Shown: positions 1-13,324 of the stretch, piece by piece | How positions within the stretch are numbered: the stretch's first letter is position 1 | How the letters are laid out: the number at the start of each line of letters is the position of its first letter | Assembly (NCBI GenBank): GCA_964016885.1 | Contig: OZ024742.1 | Coordinates: 120,714,001-120,778,000 of the forward strand | Length of the DNA stretch: 64,000 nt | Direction: 5' to 3' | From: Eledone cirrhosa | Taxonomy: Eukaryota | Made by a program: the position numbers and the translations under genes | Notes under the pieces: generated by a model | The model's database searches: none | Told to the model about the DNA's origin: nothing | What the model saw: the letters and a program-made list of their open reading frames with translations, nothing else

Positions 1-623
1 ACGAGCAAACCTGGACAATGACACACTGACACTTGAAACTCAAATGCCCCCTTCTTTTTCTTTGCCACATAGGCCTATTTCTTCCCCCCCCCCCCCCCCC
101 CACCATCAACACAGAGAACTACGACCCGTTCTGGGCGAAGGGTGCATTGGCCCCGTAAGCTATGCAGTAATATAAACTGAATTGTATTCTTTTTTTTCTT
201 CCAATTGTTTTTGCTGTATATTGCATTTTGTTACTTTTTGATTCTTGACTGCCTACGGCAGTGTCAATATATTATATTTTTCGTAACATTACGACTGTTG
301 TCAATTCTGACACAGTCCATTTTTTTAGTGCATTTTTTTTTAACTATGCTACATATGGCATTTTCATTGCCTAGCAAAAAAATGTTTTTTCTTGTTTATC
401 GCATTTGGGGCCCCTTTATTGCGAAGAGGGTTATCTTTTCATGCATTTTGCATCTTTTACTGTACGTTTTTTTTCTGTGTTAATGCTTGCAGACATGAAC
501 CTATTTATTTTTTTTTTTTAATTTGTTGATACATGCTTCTACATTTTATAAACTACCTTCGCTTCATTGTTAACGATTTTTCAACAAAAAATCTGCTCCA
601 AGGTGAATGTAGTGGCTGAGATG

Positions 624-692
624 GTCGCTTGGCAACTAGCAGTTGCCTCCCCTTAACAACTCTTCAGAGAGCGGAGGCAATATACATCCGGT
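624..692 (+). promoter_or_regulatory. Candidate promoter: RFX X-box-like and ETS-like motifs in a local CpG cluster
   Basis: GTCGCTTGGCAAC (624-636) fits the X-box pattern GTNRCY-N-RGYAAC. CATCCGG (ETS core, reverse) lies at ~686-692. CpGs are enriched at ~620-775 relative to the flanks. Motif evidence only. Confidence 0.25.
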
Positions 693-1203
693 CACAGACG
701 CAGGTTCACGAACTCTCTTTGGACCGCGGACATGAACAGACGTGGAAAGATTCGCTCCTCAAAATATTGACGTTGTAGGAAATTTATTAAATTATCGCAT
801 TTAATAAAATGATCGTTAGATTTGATTGTTCATTTATTTATTCAACAAAGAGAAACATTCCTTTCCTTTAGGCTAATGAAAGGGGGTGACTGAAGGAGTT
901 GTTATTGCCTCAAAGTCAGAGAGAGAACTGAAACCTCTCTAGCCATCAAGATCTCATGTGCAAGTGTTGCAAAACTGAATAGTTTGTTCCAGGGTTCATG
1001 TGAATTTTATTAAACTACCGTGAATCACAAATATGGTGTCACTTGAGGATTTACATAAATTAGTTCCTTAAGCAATGTTCTCATTCAATGAAATACATGC
1101 TGTAAAATGCCAGATTTGTGGTGTTGTAATAAAATTAACACATCATAACTCTTCTCACAGACTAAGTTGTCTACTCCTATTTGGATATTCTAAAAACTAC
1201 ATA

Positions 1204-1464
1204 CATCATCATCATCATCATCATTACCATTTTTGTCTGCTTTTTTCATGTTTGTATGGGTTGCATGGGTCAATTCCAATGCTGTATCCCTCTACTCGTC
1301 ATGGTCTTTCATCAACTTGAGTGCAAGATTCAGTGATTTGAGATGAATTTCTACAACCTTTGCCTAGGTCTTTCTTGGCCTCCCTCTACTATAACACCAT
1401 TCTACTGGGATTTCTTGCCACTTCTTCATTCAACAATCATCATTCATTTGCTTCACATGCCAGC
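1204..1464 (-). mobile_element. RTE-clade LINE 3' fragment (degenerate)
   Basis: The minus strand reads ...HVKQMNDDC..KKW....RGRPRKT..., matching the RT C-terminus of the RTE copies at 19.9-20.3 kb and 46.7-46.9 kb. It ends in a (GAT)n tail. Confidence 0.7.
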
Positions 1465-1779
1465 AGAAGAGTATAGTGGACGTGGCCTTAGATATAAAAA
1501 AATGAGATAAGTATGACTGAAAGATCTTTGATAATAGGTCTTCTTAATTAGGGCTGGCTCAGGACTGTCACCAGACTTTGGGGCTTAGTGTGTGGGGAGA
1601 GCTTCAGAACCTGCTGGGTGGACATCTTTGTATGCCATAATCCTAAGGTGGATTTCCTGAAGAAGAAGCATATCATTATTATTTTTTCTAAATCTGAGGG
1701 TGGTGGGGGTCAGTGCCATCTAGTGCCCCACCCCCTCCCCACCAGCCTCAAGATTGAGATGATCTGTGGTTAAATAACG

Positions 1780-1995
1780 ATTTCTACAATAGGCTAAAGG
1801 TCAGAAATTTAGGGAAGGGGGGGGGAATCGATTATATCAACCCCAGTGCATTACTGGTACCTTATTTCATCAATCCCGTAAGGATAAAATGAAAGACAAA
1901 GTGAACCTCTGCGGGATTTGAACACAGAACATAAAAGGCCATAACTCTATGCTGCAAAGCATGATGTCTGATACTTTACCAATACTGCCAATCCC
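1780..1995 (-). mobile_element. tRNA-derived SINE (octopus OR-type-like), degenerate
   Basis: Homologous to the SINEs at 39914-40097 and 58057-58238 (ccccagtgcattactggtac...ggatttgaac...atactgcca). B-box-like GTTCAAATCC on the minus strand. Confidence 0.75.
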
Positions 1996-4900
1996 GTGCT
2001 CCATGATCTGTGGCTAAATAACAACAATTGATTTCAATACAGATACTGTTGTTGTTTTGTATATTGGCTTTAAAAGTATTAAGAGGTCATGTAGTCATTC
2101 ACCTTATATTTGAATAGAGTTCCTTCCAACTTAGCTGACAAAGAAAATATTTATGATAGCAAATAACAAGATCAATATAAAAAATAATTAAAACTTCATC
2201 ACTTGATTATTTTAGTCTATGTAAAGCAAATTTCTGAAGAAAATAAAAACAGTTTTAATTGTATTTCTTCTTTTTTTTTTTTTTACAAGATTTTACTTTA
2301 TAAAAATCATTTTCAAATATATATGACAAAATGAAGAAAGGAAAAAAAACACTAGAGTTGTTTATTTTAGTCATTCTTCAAATTGCACATAAATGTCAAG
2401 CAAATATAGTATTTTTATGGTTCCACATGTCTTAGGTGGTTTGCAGAAAATGGAAAGAAAGACAAAAATATTTTTCATTGGCAAATATCCCAAAATTATG
2501 TTTTAAAACATACACACACACATTCACACACACATTCACATACACATTCACATACATATATAGAGAGAGTGAAAGATCATTATTGTTGTGTATGGTGTTT
2601 TATTTATTTATTTTATTATTATATGTATTTGCTCTCCCTCTTTCCCCTCTCTAAAGTTTATCTCTCTCTCTCCTTTTCTTTATCAGTTTCTCTGTATGTG
2701 TATACATTTTACTTTGTTTTATTTTATTTATTTATATTCTTGTTCAGTTATTTTGCTTCTCAATTCACAGAACCTAATATCATTTCAGGGAAGAATCAAT
2801 ACTAATTCTTTAAAAATGAGAGCTCTAAACTGATGTAGAGTAAGAAGTTTGTTTTAATTTTTCTCAGACACCAAATAACAAAGTTGCATATTTCTTCTAT
2901 ATTGAATATTTCTTTACAAACTAATGAAGTTTTATTAACAGCTTAATTAGTTCCCACTTGTAATACAACAATGTCTTGTGTTATATAGTTCCTGGTAGCC
3001 CAATTTCTGCATGGAAGAGTCATTTTAGCCATTTAAAAACACACAAAAATGTTAACTTTATTTTATACATATTGTTTATTTCCTAGTGTCAAAAGTTTCA
3101 TTGCATTGTCTGTGATCTGGCAGAACTGTGTCAGTGATCAAGTCACAGACAGAAAATAAATAATATATATAAAGTAAACAAATCATATAATTTCCCAAGG
3201 TGCTTGGGTGATTGGAAATAATTAATTCCAGCCAGAATTCGAAAGACACTGAGTTTAATTCTCTGTGCTGGCTGGTGACCACTCTTTTCTGTCTTGTATT
3301 GTGTTTTAATTTTCTAAAGCTATTGTTATTTATAATGATTTCTGTGTTTGGATTCCAGCATGTCAAAATATTAAGTAAAGTTAACAGTTTTTGTGTGTGT
3401 TTTACTCAACTAAAATGTTTCTTCCATGTTGGCAATTATTTTAGTTTTAACAGTCAAAATCAAATCACTTGCCAGACAAGTACAATTTGAAACAATGTAG
3501 CAATGTTTGGTTAGGTACTGAGTAACAAGAAAACAAGGTTCAGCTCATTCTTTGATAACATATAAGCTAGTTATAAAAGATAACAGTACAAGTCCAGCTA
3601 TGACATATTGAATTCTTTGGCAGGTACAAACTTTGGGTTCAGTATTCCATAGTCTTCCTTGCACCTAATGGTTATCATGATGGGGAAGAGAAAAGGGGAA
3701 GAACAAAAGTAGAAAACTGTGAGAGGCTAGAGATAGAAAGTTTGAGGAAGTGTGTAGAGAAGGGGTGCTCTGGAGAGGAGATGATAGGCAGAAGAAAGGA
3801 AAGAAGTGAAGTCCTCAAAACTAGAAAGCAGAAATATAAGCAAAAAAATGTTATACAGAATTTTCTTCTAAAATAATGAAGGGTATCAAGATGAGAGGTC
3901 ATTCCAGTGACTAAAGAATGGAGTTTTGAAGAAAGAGACAGAGGGCTTGATCGAAACTAGATAGGATCAATCAATCAGCATGAGATACATCAGAAAGAAT
4001 ATAGATTAGGAAGCCATCTTGGTTGCATGTAGAATGTGAGGAGAAAGAGAAGAGATGTTGGAGTATGTGGTCTCTGAATGTATGATATTTGCTCAAAATG
4101 ATTATAAGAATTAGAGACATGACAAAGTTGCTACAATTTTAAACTAGCAAATTTGTAAAAAGTTTGATTTTGAACATTTGTAAGTCTTTATTGAATCCTC
4201 ACAACCACATGTCATCTTAACTGACCTTTGCATCCCCAACCTACCCATTTTGCACTACAAGGGTAACAGTCACTATTAATTCTCCTGACCGCATGCTTGT
4301 ATTGTGCTGGGCCATATATTGTGGACTATAGGCAGGTGTATGTCACATTATCACTACTTGTTACCATGCCTTGCCTTACCCTTATTCTTGAATATTAAGC
4401 AGGTACTTCTATATGAATTGCTCATCTTATAACAGCACATTACTCAATATATTGTCTAGGGCTTCCTACAGATGCTCTTTTGAAGGCTAACTGATCCACC
4501 TTCCTATCGCTTTTTGCAAAGAAGAGATAAATAATTTTAATCCTTGGCTATTATTTGAAAAATTCCTCAGACAAGGAGACACTATTGCCAGGTTTCCTTT
4601 ACTGAGAGTATCTTTTTCCTGTCATGAATTTTTTGGTGGGTGGGGAAGTAACATTTTAAAAACTATTTTTAAAGCCACTAACACTTGGCAAAAACTTGTA
4701 TGTGTGTTGTTGTTGCTTGCCTCTTCACTGCAACTGTTTAAATCAATATCACCATTTTTTGTCACAAAGTAATTATTTTTTCTCTGTGTGTGTTTGTTTG
4801 TTCAGTGTTATATATCTATATATTTTTTATGCTAATACTTTCTCTGTGAATTCATTTTAGCTGGGAGGCATATTTGTTCATGTTGGTTCCACTGCGGTGA

Positions 4901-5179
4901 ATACTTCATCCCATTACTCCAATATAAGAAGATACTTTGAAGTATAAGTAAGCAAAATGTTAGGAAATATAAAAACATAATCTGAAGGCCTTATTTTGCA
5001 AACTTCCCACTTCCAAGGTAAAACAAGAATGAACACTGAAACTTCAAAAGTGTTCCACCAGTAAAGTTACCCAACGAAAGTGTTTCTTCAATAAAGTTAC
5101 CCAACAAAAGTATTCCATCAATAAAATTACCCAAAAATGGTTACTTGTGGAAAAACCCACAAAAAGCAATGGCCACCCT

Positions 5180-5690
5180 AACTGCTAGGGGAAGTCTTCT
5201 TCTTCTTCCCCCACTTATTCCTGAGAGGGTCGTGGAGGCAGAGTCCTCAAATGCTCCTTCCAGTGGGTCCTGTCAGAAGCAACCATCTCCAACTGATCTG
5301 GCTGGAACCTCAAATGTGACCAGCTTGCTCGGGGTCTACCCCTAGGTCTTCTGCTGGTTGGTTTTGCCCGTAAAAACCTGTCCAGTAATTCTTTCCTGAG
5401 ACATTCTAACTACATGTCCATAGTATCGGAGCTGTGATCTCTCATTTTAGAGAAGTAGCTACTCTACCTGGAGTGACTCTCTGATCTTTGAGCTACACAC
5501 TTTATCGAGTAACGTTACTCCAAAGATCCTTTGGAAGAATCCCAGCCTTATAATTGTCCTCCTCCAATCTACAGGCGTATATTTAGAGCAGGCCTGTTCA
5601 CTTCGACGATGCCTACCACTCTCAGCTACAACTAGCTAGGAGGCAGCACTCCCCTCTCCACCTTCATTTTCTTCTTCAAGTGAAATTTAA
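5180..5690 (-). mobile_element. Non-LTR retrotransposon RT C-terminal remnant
   Basis: The minus strand gives QLRYYGHVVRMSQERI.., a typical LINE RT C-terminal LRxxGHxxRM motif, with stops. Confidence 0.55.
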
Positions 5691-5841
5691 AAAAGGTTAA
5701 TCAGGCTTTGATCATACTTACAGGAAACTGACCAACAAAAGCCATACCAGAACTACACCAACAAAAATATCAACACACATGAAAATTTGACAGATTAGGA
5801 GAAAGAAATTCTAAAAATAGACATTTTTAGATATGACAATA

Positions 5842-6142
5842 TCTATATATCTAAAACAGAGAATGTATGTCTGTCTGTCTGTCTGACTCCCTAAAACTCG
5901 AGAACCACCCAACCGATTGTTTTCAAACTTTACACATGTAATACTTATGGTCATGTGAGTGTTTTGAGCAAAATATATTTCAAATTTTCAATGCCCTAGG
6001 GACCGCATTAGGCGATTTAGCGATCTCTCTCTATAATTCTTAGTCTTTCTTTTTAGATAGATACATAGATATAACGTTGCGCCCTTATAATATCTGTCTG
6101 TATGTCTGGCTGTCTGCATTACGACATTATGACGTCGCTATC

Positions 6143-6185
<43 letters not shown>

Positions 6186-6557
6186 TGTAACGTTTTTCGA
6201 AATATTTCCTTCTGTGTTCACAGATTGATTTTTTTAGTTTCAGATCCTGTTAAGGGTGAAAGCAATATATATATATATATATAATTATATATATATAATT
6301 ATATATTCGTGTACAGATATTTTTGCATACACAATAACAAAATATAAACAAAAGTATTTATTTCGCGATAAAGTATTGATTTTCTTTGCACGGAAAAAAC
6401 CCCTGGTAATCTACGACAAATTTTTTTTATAAGCACAAAATGTAGACACCATCCTGAGGCCGAGGTATTCCGTATTTCTCTGTACTGTTTCAGAAAGGAG
6501 GGATAAAGATGCCAATCTATGTTTAGAATCCCAAGCAACGCCGGGCCATTCTGCTAG
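5842..6557 (+). mobile_element. Non-autonomous Helitron-like element
   Basis: 5' A|TCTATATATCTAAAA followed by a (GTCT)n tract. 3' GC-rich hairpin-like cccaagcaacgccggg, then CTAG|T. The 3' ~160 bp are shared with 55619-55778. Confidence 0.75.
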
Positions 6558-6614
6558 TATAATCTAAAGGAAGAAATAGTTAAAACCTTAAAGTTACTTT
6601 AAGTTCCTCCTATG

Positions 6615-6792
6615 GGCCTGCTAGAAATAGCAACCAAATTTCTCTCAAATCATATAGTGTTACCTTGAAAAAGGAAGAATACATTAGATATGTTCCTAGG
6701 TGCCCCTAAAGAGATGAGATGGACATGGCTGGAATGCCTTTTATCATAGGTCTGTTTTATGAGGGTTGACCTGGGGTTAAACAATAACAAAA
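6615..6792 (+). mobile_element. SINE body/3' fragment with (AAC)n-type tail
   Basis: The segment cctgctagaaatagc..caaat..ctcaaatca...ggctggaatgcctt..tcataggtctg recurs at ~45250-45340, ~45690-45850 and, reversed, at ~53925-54040. Confidence 0.55.
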
Positions 6793-7099
6793 ACCATAGT
6801 AAATGCAAAATGGCCATCAAGACACTGGAAATAGATATAAGCACCAACATTACCAGGATATATGAAAAAAGCTATGCAGCAGCCACAGTAGTCAGACAGA
6901 AAAGTAGATACTTTTTCAAAACATCTCATATACAAACATCTAAGCTTCAAACAATATGGAGAATAAACAATACAGAGAAAAATGGAATATAAAATTTTAA
7001 AAAATCTCTCATTCCTAAATGAGATTAGCAACAAAAACAACAAATGAACAAGTGAAAGACAAAGAAAAGCATAAATATTACAGAAATGCCAGAATTGAA

Positions 7100-7325
7100 A
7101 GAAAAAAAGTACTTGATATCAAAGAGAAGCTAAGACAAGAGATCTTTACTAAATCATGAAGAACTTGTTGTGATGAAAAGTAACAACACTTCTTTGAACA
7201 AAACAAACAGTTAATCTCAAATCCAAAATGATTTTACCAAGAACCAGGTAAATACAAAACAGAAATCAATCAAGTGCCAACAGTAGGAGATGGTGAAGAT
7301 GTTGGGAGAGGAAAGAGTATGGACA
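7100..7325 (+). mobile_element. Highly degraded R4-like retrotransposon fragment (pre-RT region)
   Basis: A broken reading EKLRQEI...FFEQNKQ..SNPK.FY...VPT resembles the pre-RT segment of the R4-like ORF at 15.7-15.95 kb (LNRLFARYPKSVY...). Confidence 0.35.
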
Positions 7326-8314
7326 GTGGATGGATTGGTCAACTTTGCCTTTCTTTCTTTCAGAGTCAATAAAAAAAATGCATCAGTCCAGTACTTGGAT
7401 TAATTCTTCCTCAATATCTATTTTTCACTTCTCTCTCTCTCATTCTATTTCCCCTTCTCTAGATGAAGTTGGCTGTGTTCAGATCTGGAGAGGTGATAGT
7501 CTCCCTTAGGTTTAAATTGCCTTAGAATGCCATATATCAGAACATTGCCTCTACAATTCCATCAGGAATTAAAGTTCATACATCTTGTAGAGAATAAATA
7601 CTCGATTGAATTGAATAAAGCTCAAAATAAATAATGCTTTGAGTGTTTATAATTTACATGTTAAAAATGTAGTTTCCCTTTTTCATATGTATGCATTGAT
7701 ATATAGAGAATAAAACTCACAAATACATGATTTAGCCAGTCTAGTTATGATTACAATATTCTCAATTGGAAGCCAAGTAAGACTAGATAGAAATCTAAGG
7801 AATATTCCTCACATGCCCTAAATACAGAAAGATTACATTTAAAACAAATTTGGGAAGATATAAAGCTTCTCCAACTTGAAGACTATTATGGTAGGACTCT
7901 GGAAATATCTAGTAAAGAATAATTGGAAAATTAATACAACTAGCGATGAAACATGAACAAAAAACTGTTTTGATCTAACAGACATAAACTGAAGCTGTAG
8001 TGCACCTGAGCTTGCAGTGCACCTGAGCTTGTAGTGCACCTGAGCACTGTACACAATAATTTCATTATTATTATTATATTGACTGAGAAAAATAACATAT
8101 TAAATGACTAAAAACTAAAGCAAATATATTATAAGATCTTGTGAAGAAAAAGTACTACATGGTTGATAGTAGCTATCAAAGTTGAATAAAGTATTTGAAA
8201 AAGTAACAGCATTGACTGAAAAGCTTAGAACTCAAAGCTGTCATCAAAGGGTTTTTGATTTAACCACAAGATAAAAACCTTCCTTAAGGGTGAATAACCT
8301 TAAAAGATGGAAAA

Positions 8315-8422
8315 AGAAGTTGCTTTCAGCCGCTATGAGGAATTGAACTCCATATTGTCCAGGTACTGGCTAGGTGCTTTGAACCATTGATTCCTCATAG
8401 TGGCTGATGGTAACTTTTTCTC
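8315..8422. repeat. Short fold-back around a tRNA-like (Pol III) head
   Basis: aagttgctttcagccgctatgaggaat (~8317-8343) is an imperfect inverted repeat of attcctcatagtggctgatggtaactt (~8390-8416). The minus strand has the B-box-like GGAGTTCAATTCC. Confidence 0.55.
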
Positions 8423-9376
8423 ATTTAAGTGTCTTCATCCTATTTTATAAGCTATTTTTATAGCATCTCCACACATGAGCACATTATTCTTTATATTAAC
8501 TTTATATATATGTATATATACTAATTTCATATATATGTATACAGAGCCACGACACTTTTTCCCTGGAGTCACATAAAATTCTATTGTTGTAGCTTAATTG
8601 CTAAAAATTATTGTTGTAGCTTAATTGCTAAAAATTAATGTTTGGTCTCTTGTCTCTTACTACACTGGATAGTGTGTGGCTTACGTCAGATGCTGTGACC
8701 CCAGGTGGGCCAGTGGTGCTGTTGATGGGGCTCAAGTCTGCCATAGTCCACCTCAGCAGCCGATGGCCCTGGAGTTCTATGTCCTTCATTTGCATTTTTT
8801 AAATGCTTTTTTAAGGATTCCCCTTAAAAAGTTGTTTTTCTTTCGATGTCTTATCCTCTCTTTGTTATGTTTCTTAGGTTTATATATAGAGAGAGAGACA
8901 TGAAAGTGTTAAAGATTTTCAAACAGTGGAAACTACACTAACAATATGGAATATGTATAGAAAAGATGTGAATAAATCACACCATACCATAGTATGTCTC
9001 CAATTAATCATAATCTGAGGCAAGAATTTACACAGATAGAGAGATTAAGGCAAATAACTCAGTTACTATTGTTCAATGCCACAAGAAAAATGTCTTCTAG
9101 TAGATTCAAATAAAAAGACAATGAAAGAAATAACTCAAATAAAAATATCTAAAAATATATATCCAGAATGAAAATAGAAACAATCCCTATAATGTGAGAT
9201 AGCTTAAGAATAATTTATCACCCCCATCATCATTTAATGTCCATTTTACTATGCCAGCATGGGTTGGATGGGTTGTCACAAACCAAGTCAGAACTTAATC
9301 AGGGATAATGTCCTCCCAGATGGGCTGGGGCCATGTCTTGCTTACATAACAAATACATGAACAAAACTCCAAGATT

Positions 9377-9562
9377 TACGAGGGTTGGCTGACCAAGATA
9401 CTCTCATGGAATGACCAAATGAGGTTTATTTTTCAACATAATTGCTGGAGAGAAACAATGCAGTTATCAAGAAGAAGAGTTGAAATTAATGCATGCAAGA
9501 TTTCACAGCTCTAACATCACTCTTTCAGAGTCAGCCTATGAACACTTCAGTTCACCTTCGTA
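9377..9562. mobile_element. Tc1/mariner-type MITE
   Basis: Imperfect TIRs TAcgagggttggctga / tcagttcaccttcgTA with TA ends. Confidence 0.55.
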
Positions 9563-9958
9563 CATATAGTACTACTAGGCAACATTTCACACATATTATG
9601 TAGAACAAAAAACAAAAATATATATATTGCATATACCCGAGATCCACAGAGCTCTGCTCAGTTCTGCAGCAAAGGCACACAAAATAAATAAAACAACTAA
9701 AACATTATGAATAACGATAATCATATTTATCTTTAGCAAACTGAAAAATAAAAAAACAAAAGCAAAAAAAAAAAAAAACTGACATATTACTGATGTGTAA
9801 TTCAGTCGTTCAAGAAAGCATGGTAGATGAAACTCAACTACAAATAAGATCTGAGATCAGAAATATGAAGTGCCATATGAGAAAGCATAAAGCAACCAAC
9901 CTAATACTTTACCATATGCATCAGCCCTCACTATCATAAAATAAAATAATGAATAAAT

Positions 9959-10024
<66 letters not shown>

Positions 10025-10533
10025 CATGTATATGTATATATACATATATATCATCATCATCATCATCATCATCATTTTACGTCCGATATATATATATATA
10101 TATACTGTATATATATATGTTGGAAAAGTAAAAAACAATAACAACAACAACAACAAGGAGTACAGTTACGAAAAGTGTTTAGGTTCAGCTTGAGAGTGGG
10201 GGGTGGGGGACGACGTTTCAAGCATAAGCCCTTTATCAGGAGAAAGGTGGGAAGGTATATATATATATAATTATGCCCCACTCTGTATATATATTGGAAA
10301 ATGTGTGAAATCCTTGGTACAGTTAGGTATATTTGAAAAAAAGGAAAAGAATGACTTCACTTGCGGTTCTAAATAATTTAATTTAATTTTATAATGTTAT
10401 GATTTTACAATTTGGTTTTGTAGATCTAGTGATGCATTTCGAACTTAACTGGTTCTCATCAGGATGATCCCGCCTATATATATATATATATATATAATTC
10501 TGCCCCACTCTGTATATATATATATATATATAT

Positions 10534-10794
10534 TGCCACAGAAAAAAAGCACCCAGCCCACACTGTAAAGTGGACGTGTAGGCGCCACGGAAAAAAGCAC
10601 CCAGCACTCACTGTAAATGAGGTTGGTGTTAGGAAGGGCATCCAGCTGTAGAAATCAAGCCAAAATCAGTTCCTGTCTGAGCAAGGCATGGTCAGCCGAC
10701 CAGACACTGCCCACAACAGGACAACCCGTCTAACCCATGCTAGCATGGAAGAACGGACGTAAAACGGTGATGATGATGATGATGATGATGATGA
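10534..10794 (+). mobile_element. 5'-truncated RTE 3' UTR with (GAT)n tail
   Basis: Nearly identical to 20331-20583. Inserted in a (TA)n tract. Confidence 0.8.
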
Positions 10795-10797
10795 TAT

Positions 10798-11019
10798 ATG
10801 AATGTATATATAGTATATTTGGCAATATACTGTACGCTTAATTAAAAGCATTTTGAAGACCTTGCGCTATTGTTTTAAGCTGACAGATCTGGAAGATAAG
10901 CTGACAGATCTGTTTCATACTGCTTAGCACTCGCTACTTTAAAACAATAGTGCAAGGTCTTCAAACTGCTTTTAATTAAGCATACAGTATATTGCCAAAT
11001 ATACTATATATACATTCAT
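10798..11019. repeat. Fold-back element with ~80-bp inverted arms
   Basis: 10798-10878 is the reverse complement of 10939-11019 with few mismatches. The spacer contains a direct duplication of taagctgacagatctg. Confidence 0.85.
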
Positions 11020-11446
11020 GTATACATCACTATTTCAGAGCATCAATTCTAATATATATATATATATATTTATATATACATATTTATATATTACATTTAA
11101 AGTTATAGATGTCATTCTTTGACATGTGTCTTATTTCCCAAAAATCGGCTCAAAGAAAAACTCAAGGAATAAATCCGACCATTTAATCATTACAAAATAG
11201 GGAATGATGTATATATACATAAATATCTAATGATATAAACGTACAATAGAACATATCAAACTTTTATATGATACTGTATGAACCATGAACCATGTGTTCT
11301 TACATTCTATCCAGATTGTCTCCTGTTCAAGTTTGATATGTTTATATATATATATATATATACAGGCTGAATGAGTTGGGGCCCAGAACACAAGGAAACT
11401 TGAGTACCTGTTTACGTCACTGTTATAATTATATATATATATATAT

Positions 11447-11790
11447 GGAGGCACATGGCTTAGTGGTTAGAGCATTGGCCTTGCAATCGAAAGGTTGTCA
11501 GTTCAATTCTAAGACCGGGTGATGTGTTGTTTCCTTGAGCAAGACACTTTATTTCACATTGCTCCAGTTTACTCAGCTGTAGAAATGAGATGATAGGGAC
11601 TGAGGTCCCTATCATTCCACTGCAAAGTGATCGTGGAGGTGCCACGGCAAAAAAGCACCCAGCACTCACTGTAAATGAGGTTGGTGTTAGGAAGGGCATC
11701 CAGCTGTAGAAATCAAGCCAGAATCAGTTCCCGTCCCACCCTTGCAAGCAGGGGAAAAGTGGACGTAAAATGAAATGATGAATGATGATG
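11447..11790 (+). mobile_element. Tripartite SINE: tRNA head + conserved central core + RTE-like 3' tail
   Basis: A box TGGCTTAGTGG and B box GTTCAATTC. Core ttgtttccttgagcaagacactt. The tail is homologous to the RTE 3' UTR at 20310-20465 and ends in (GAT)n. A second copy lies at 23962-24294. Confidence 0.85.
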
Positions 11791-11844
11791 ATATATATAT
11801 ATATATATATATATATACATGATATATATATATATATATATACG

Positions 11845-12958
11845 TCTTCTATTTTCATGTTGAAACATTAGTCTATGTAAAATATTGGACTTTATTTGAA
11901 TTTCTTAAAGAATATTTCATCCAATAAAGAAATTAAAATGTCATCCAATATAGAAATGATACTTAAACTTTATTGCAAAGTTACGTTCAGTTGCAAGATC
12001 TACTGTTTGAAAAGCTGTGAAGCGTTTCAAAGAGCAAGATTTGTTCGATAGACCCAGAAGTGGAACACCACAAACTGAATGGACACCTATTCTCATTAAA
12101 GTCATTTGAGAAAGATAAAAAGAAATCTGAAAAGGTTGATGAGTCAGCCCTAGGACAATGAGAAGGATCATCAATAATGACTTGGGAATGTCTTCCTTCA
12201 CCCTTCAGAAGAGACAAAACAAAAAAGGCTAGAGAGAAGCAAGAATTTGCTTAAAAAAATGAAACTGAGTAGACACACAACCGAAGAAATGATCAAGTCA
12301 TTGGAAAAAAAGCATCAGCAATCAGAGTTGACCAAACATCAGGATTCCATACAATGAAACTAGCTTTTTTATGGTCAGGTGGGGTTGGGGCTGTTTCATC
12401 ATCTTGCAGATCTCTCATTTTTGAGGAAGAAAGGACAAAAATCAGTTACCAATCTTACATAAATGGTATTCTGGAGCCTATGCTTGCTTCTGCAATTAAT
12501 CATTCTTGGAATGATTATCTGTGGACCTTCCAACGGGAGGGAGACACCTCCCATACAGCAAATGTCACACAAGCTTGGTGCAGAGACAGTCTTCCGAGGT
12601 TCTGGTCAAAAGAAATGTGGTCTCCTTGTTCACTTGATTTGAACCCTATGGACTTTTCAGTATGGTCTATTCTCGAAGAAAAAGCCTATTCAAAAGTCCA
12701 TAAGACAGTTGATGATTTAAAGGCATCTTTACTGAGCTTGGAAATAAATTCCCCAAGAAATGTTGTGTGCTTCAGTGAAAGATGTTCAATAGAGGTTAGA
12801 GGCTGTTATTGCTGCACGAGGGAGTCATTTTGAATAGACTCTATACATTATATTCTAAAGATATTTATGTATAATTACAGATATGTTGCTGGTCAAAAAA
12901 GTTAGTAGTTTTGTTATTAAAAGCATTTTTATTTGCTTCAAACTTATGCCCCACCCTG
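11845..12958 (+). mobile_element. Degenerate Tc1/mariner-superfamily transposon (maT/DD37D-like)
   Basis: ORF 12354-12833 contains WTFQREGDTSHTA...WSPCSLDLNPMDFSVW. There are 37 residues between the second (mutated D>E) and third acidic positions. Right TIR aacttatgccccaccctg-TA. Isolated TIR copies occur at ~10270-10285 and ~10497-10513. Confidence 0.75.
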
Positions 12959-12992
<34 letters not shown>

Positions 12993-13006
12993 TACATTTA
13001 CAGACA

Positions 13007-13059
<53 letters not shown>

Positions 13060-13324
13060 CCTGAATACATTTTATTAGCGTATATACAGTATTTAATGGG
13101 AGTGGAGTGAGTGGAGTTTGTTATTCAGTAATTTTGAACATTTTATGCAGTCAAACAGTAATGTCTTCTTGTTAATTTAATTTGCAATATTTTGTAAACG
13201 ATTGCCATGTGTATACTTTGTGTTTTTTCATATTTGTCATCACTTTTTTCTCACAAAAACTCTTTTTACTTTTATTCTAGCTCTTAATAGTGATACATTA
13301 AATATAGTGTTGAATGTATGTATG

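Noticed and set aside
3660-4110. Purine-rich tract possibly from a CR1/Jockey LINE 3' region
   Set aside because: No diagnostic motif was recoverable by eye.
11447-11520. tRNA-like sequence, also at 24225-24294 and 58057-58140
   Set aside because: SINE heads continuous with SINE bodies. No complete cloverleaf, so not called tRNA genes.
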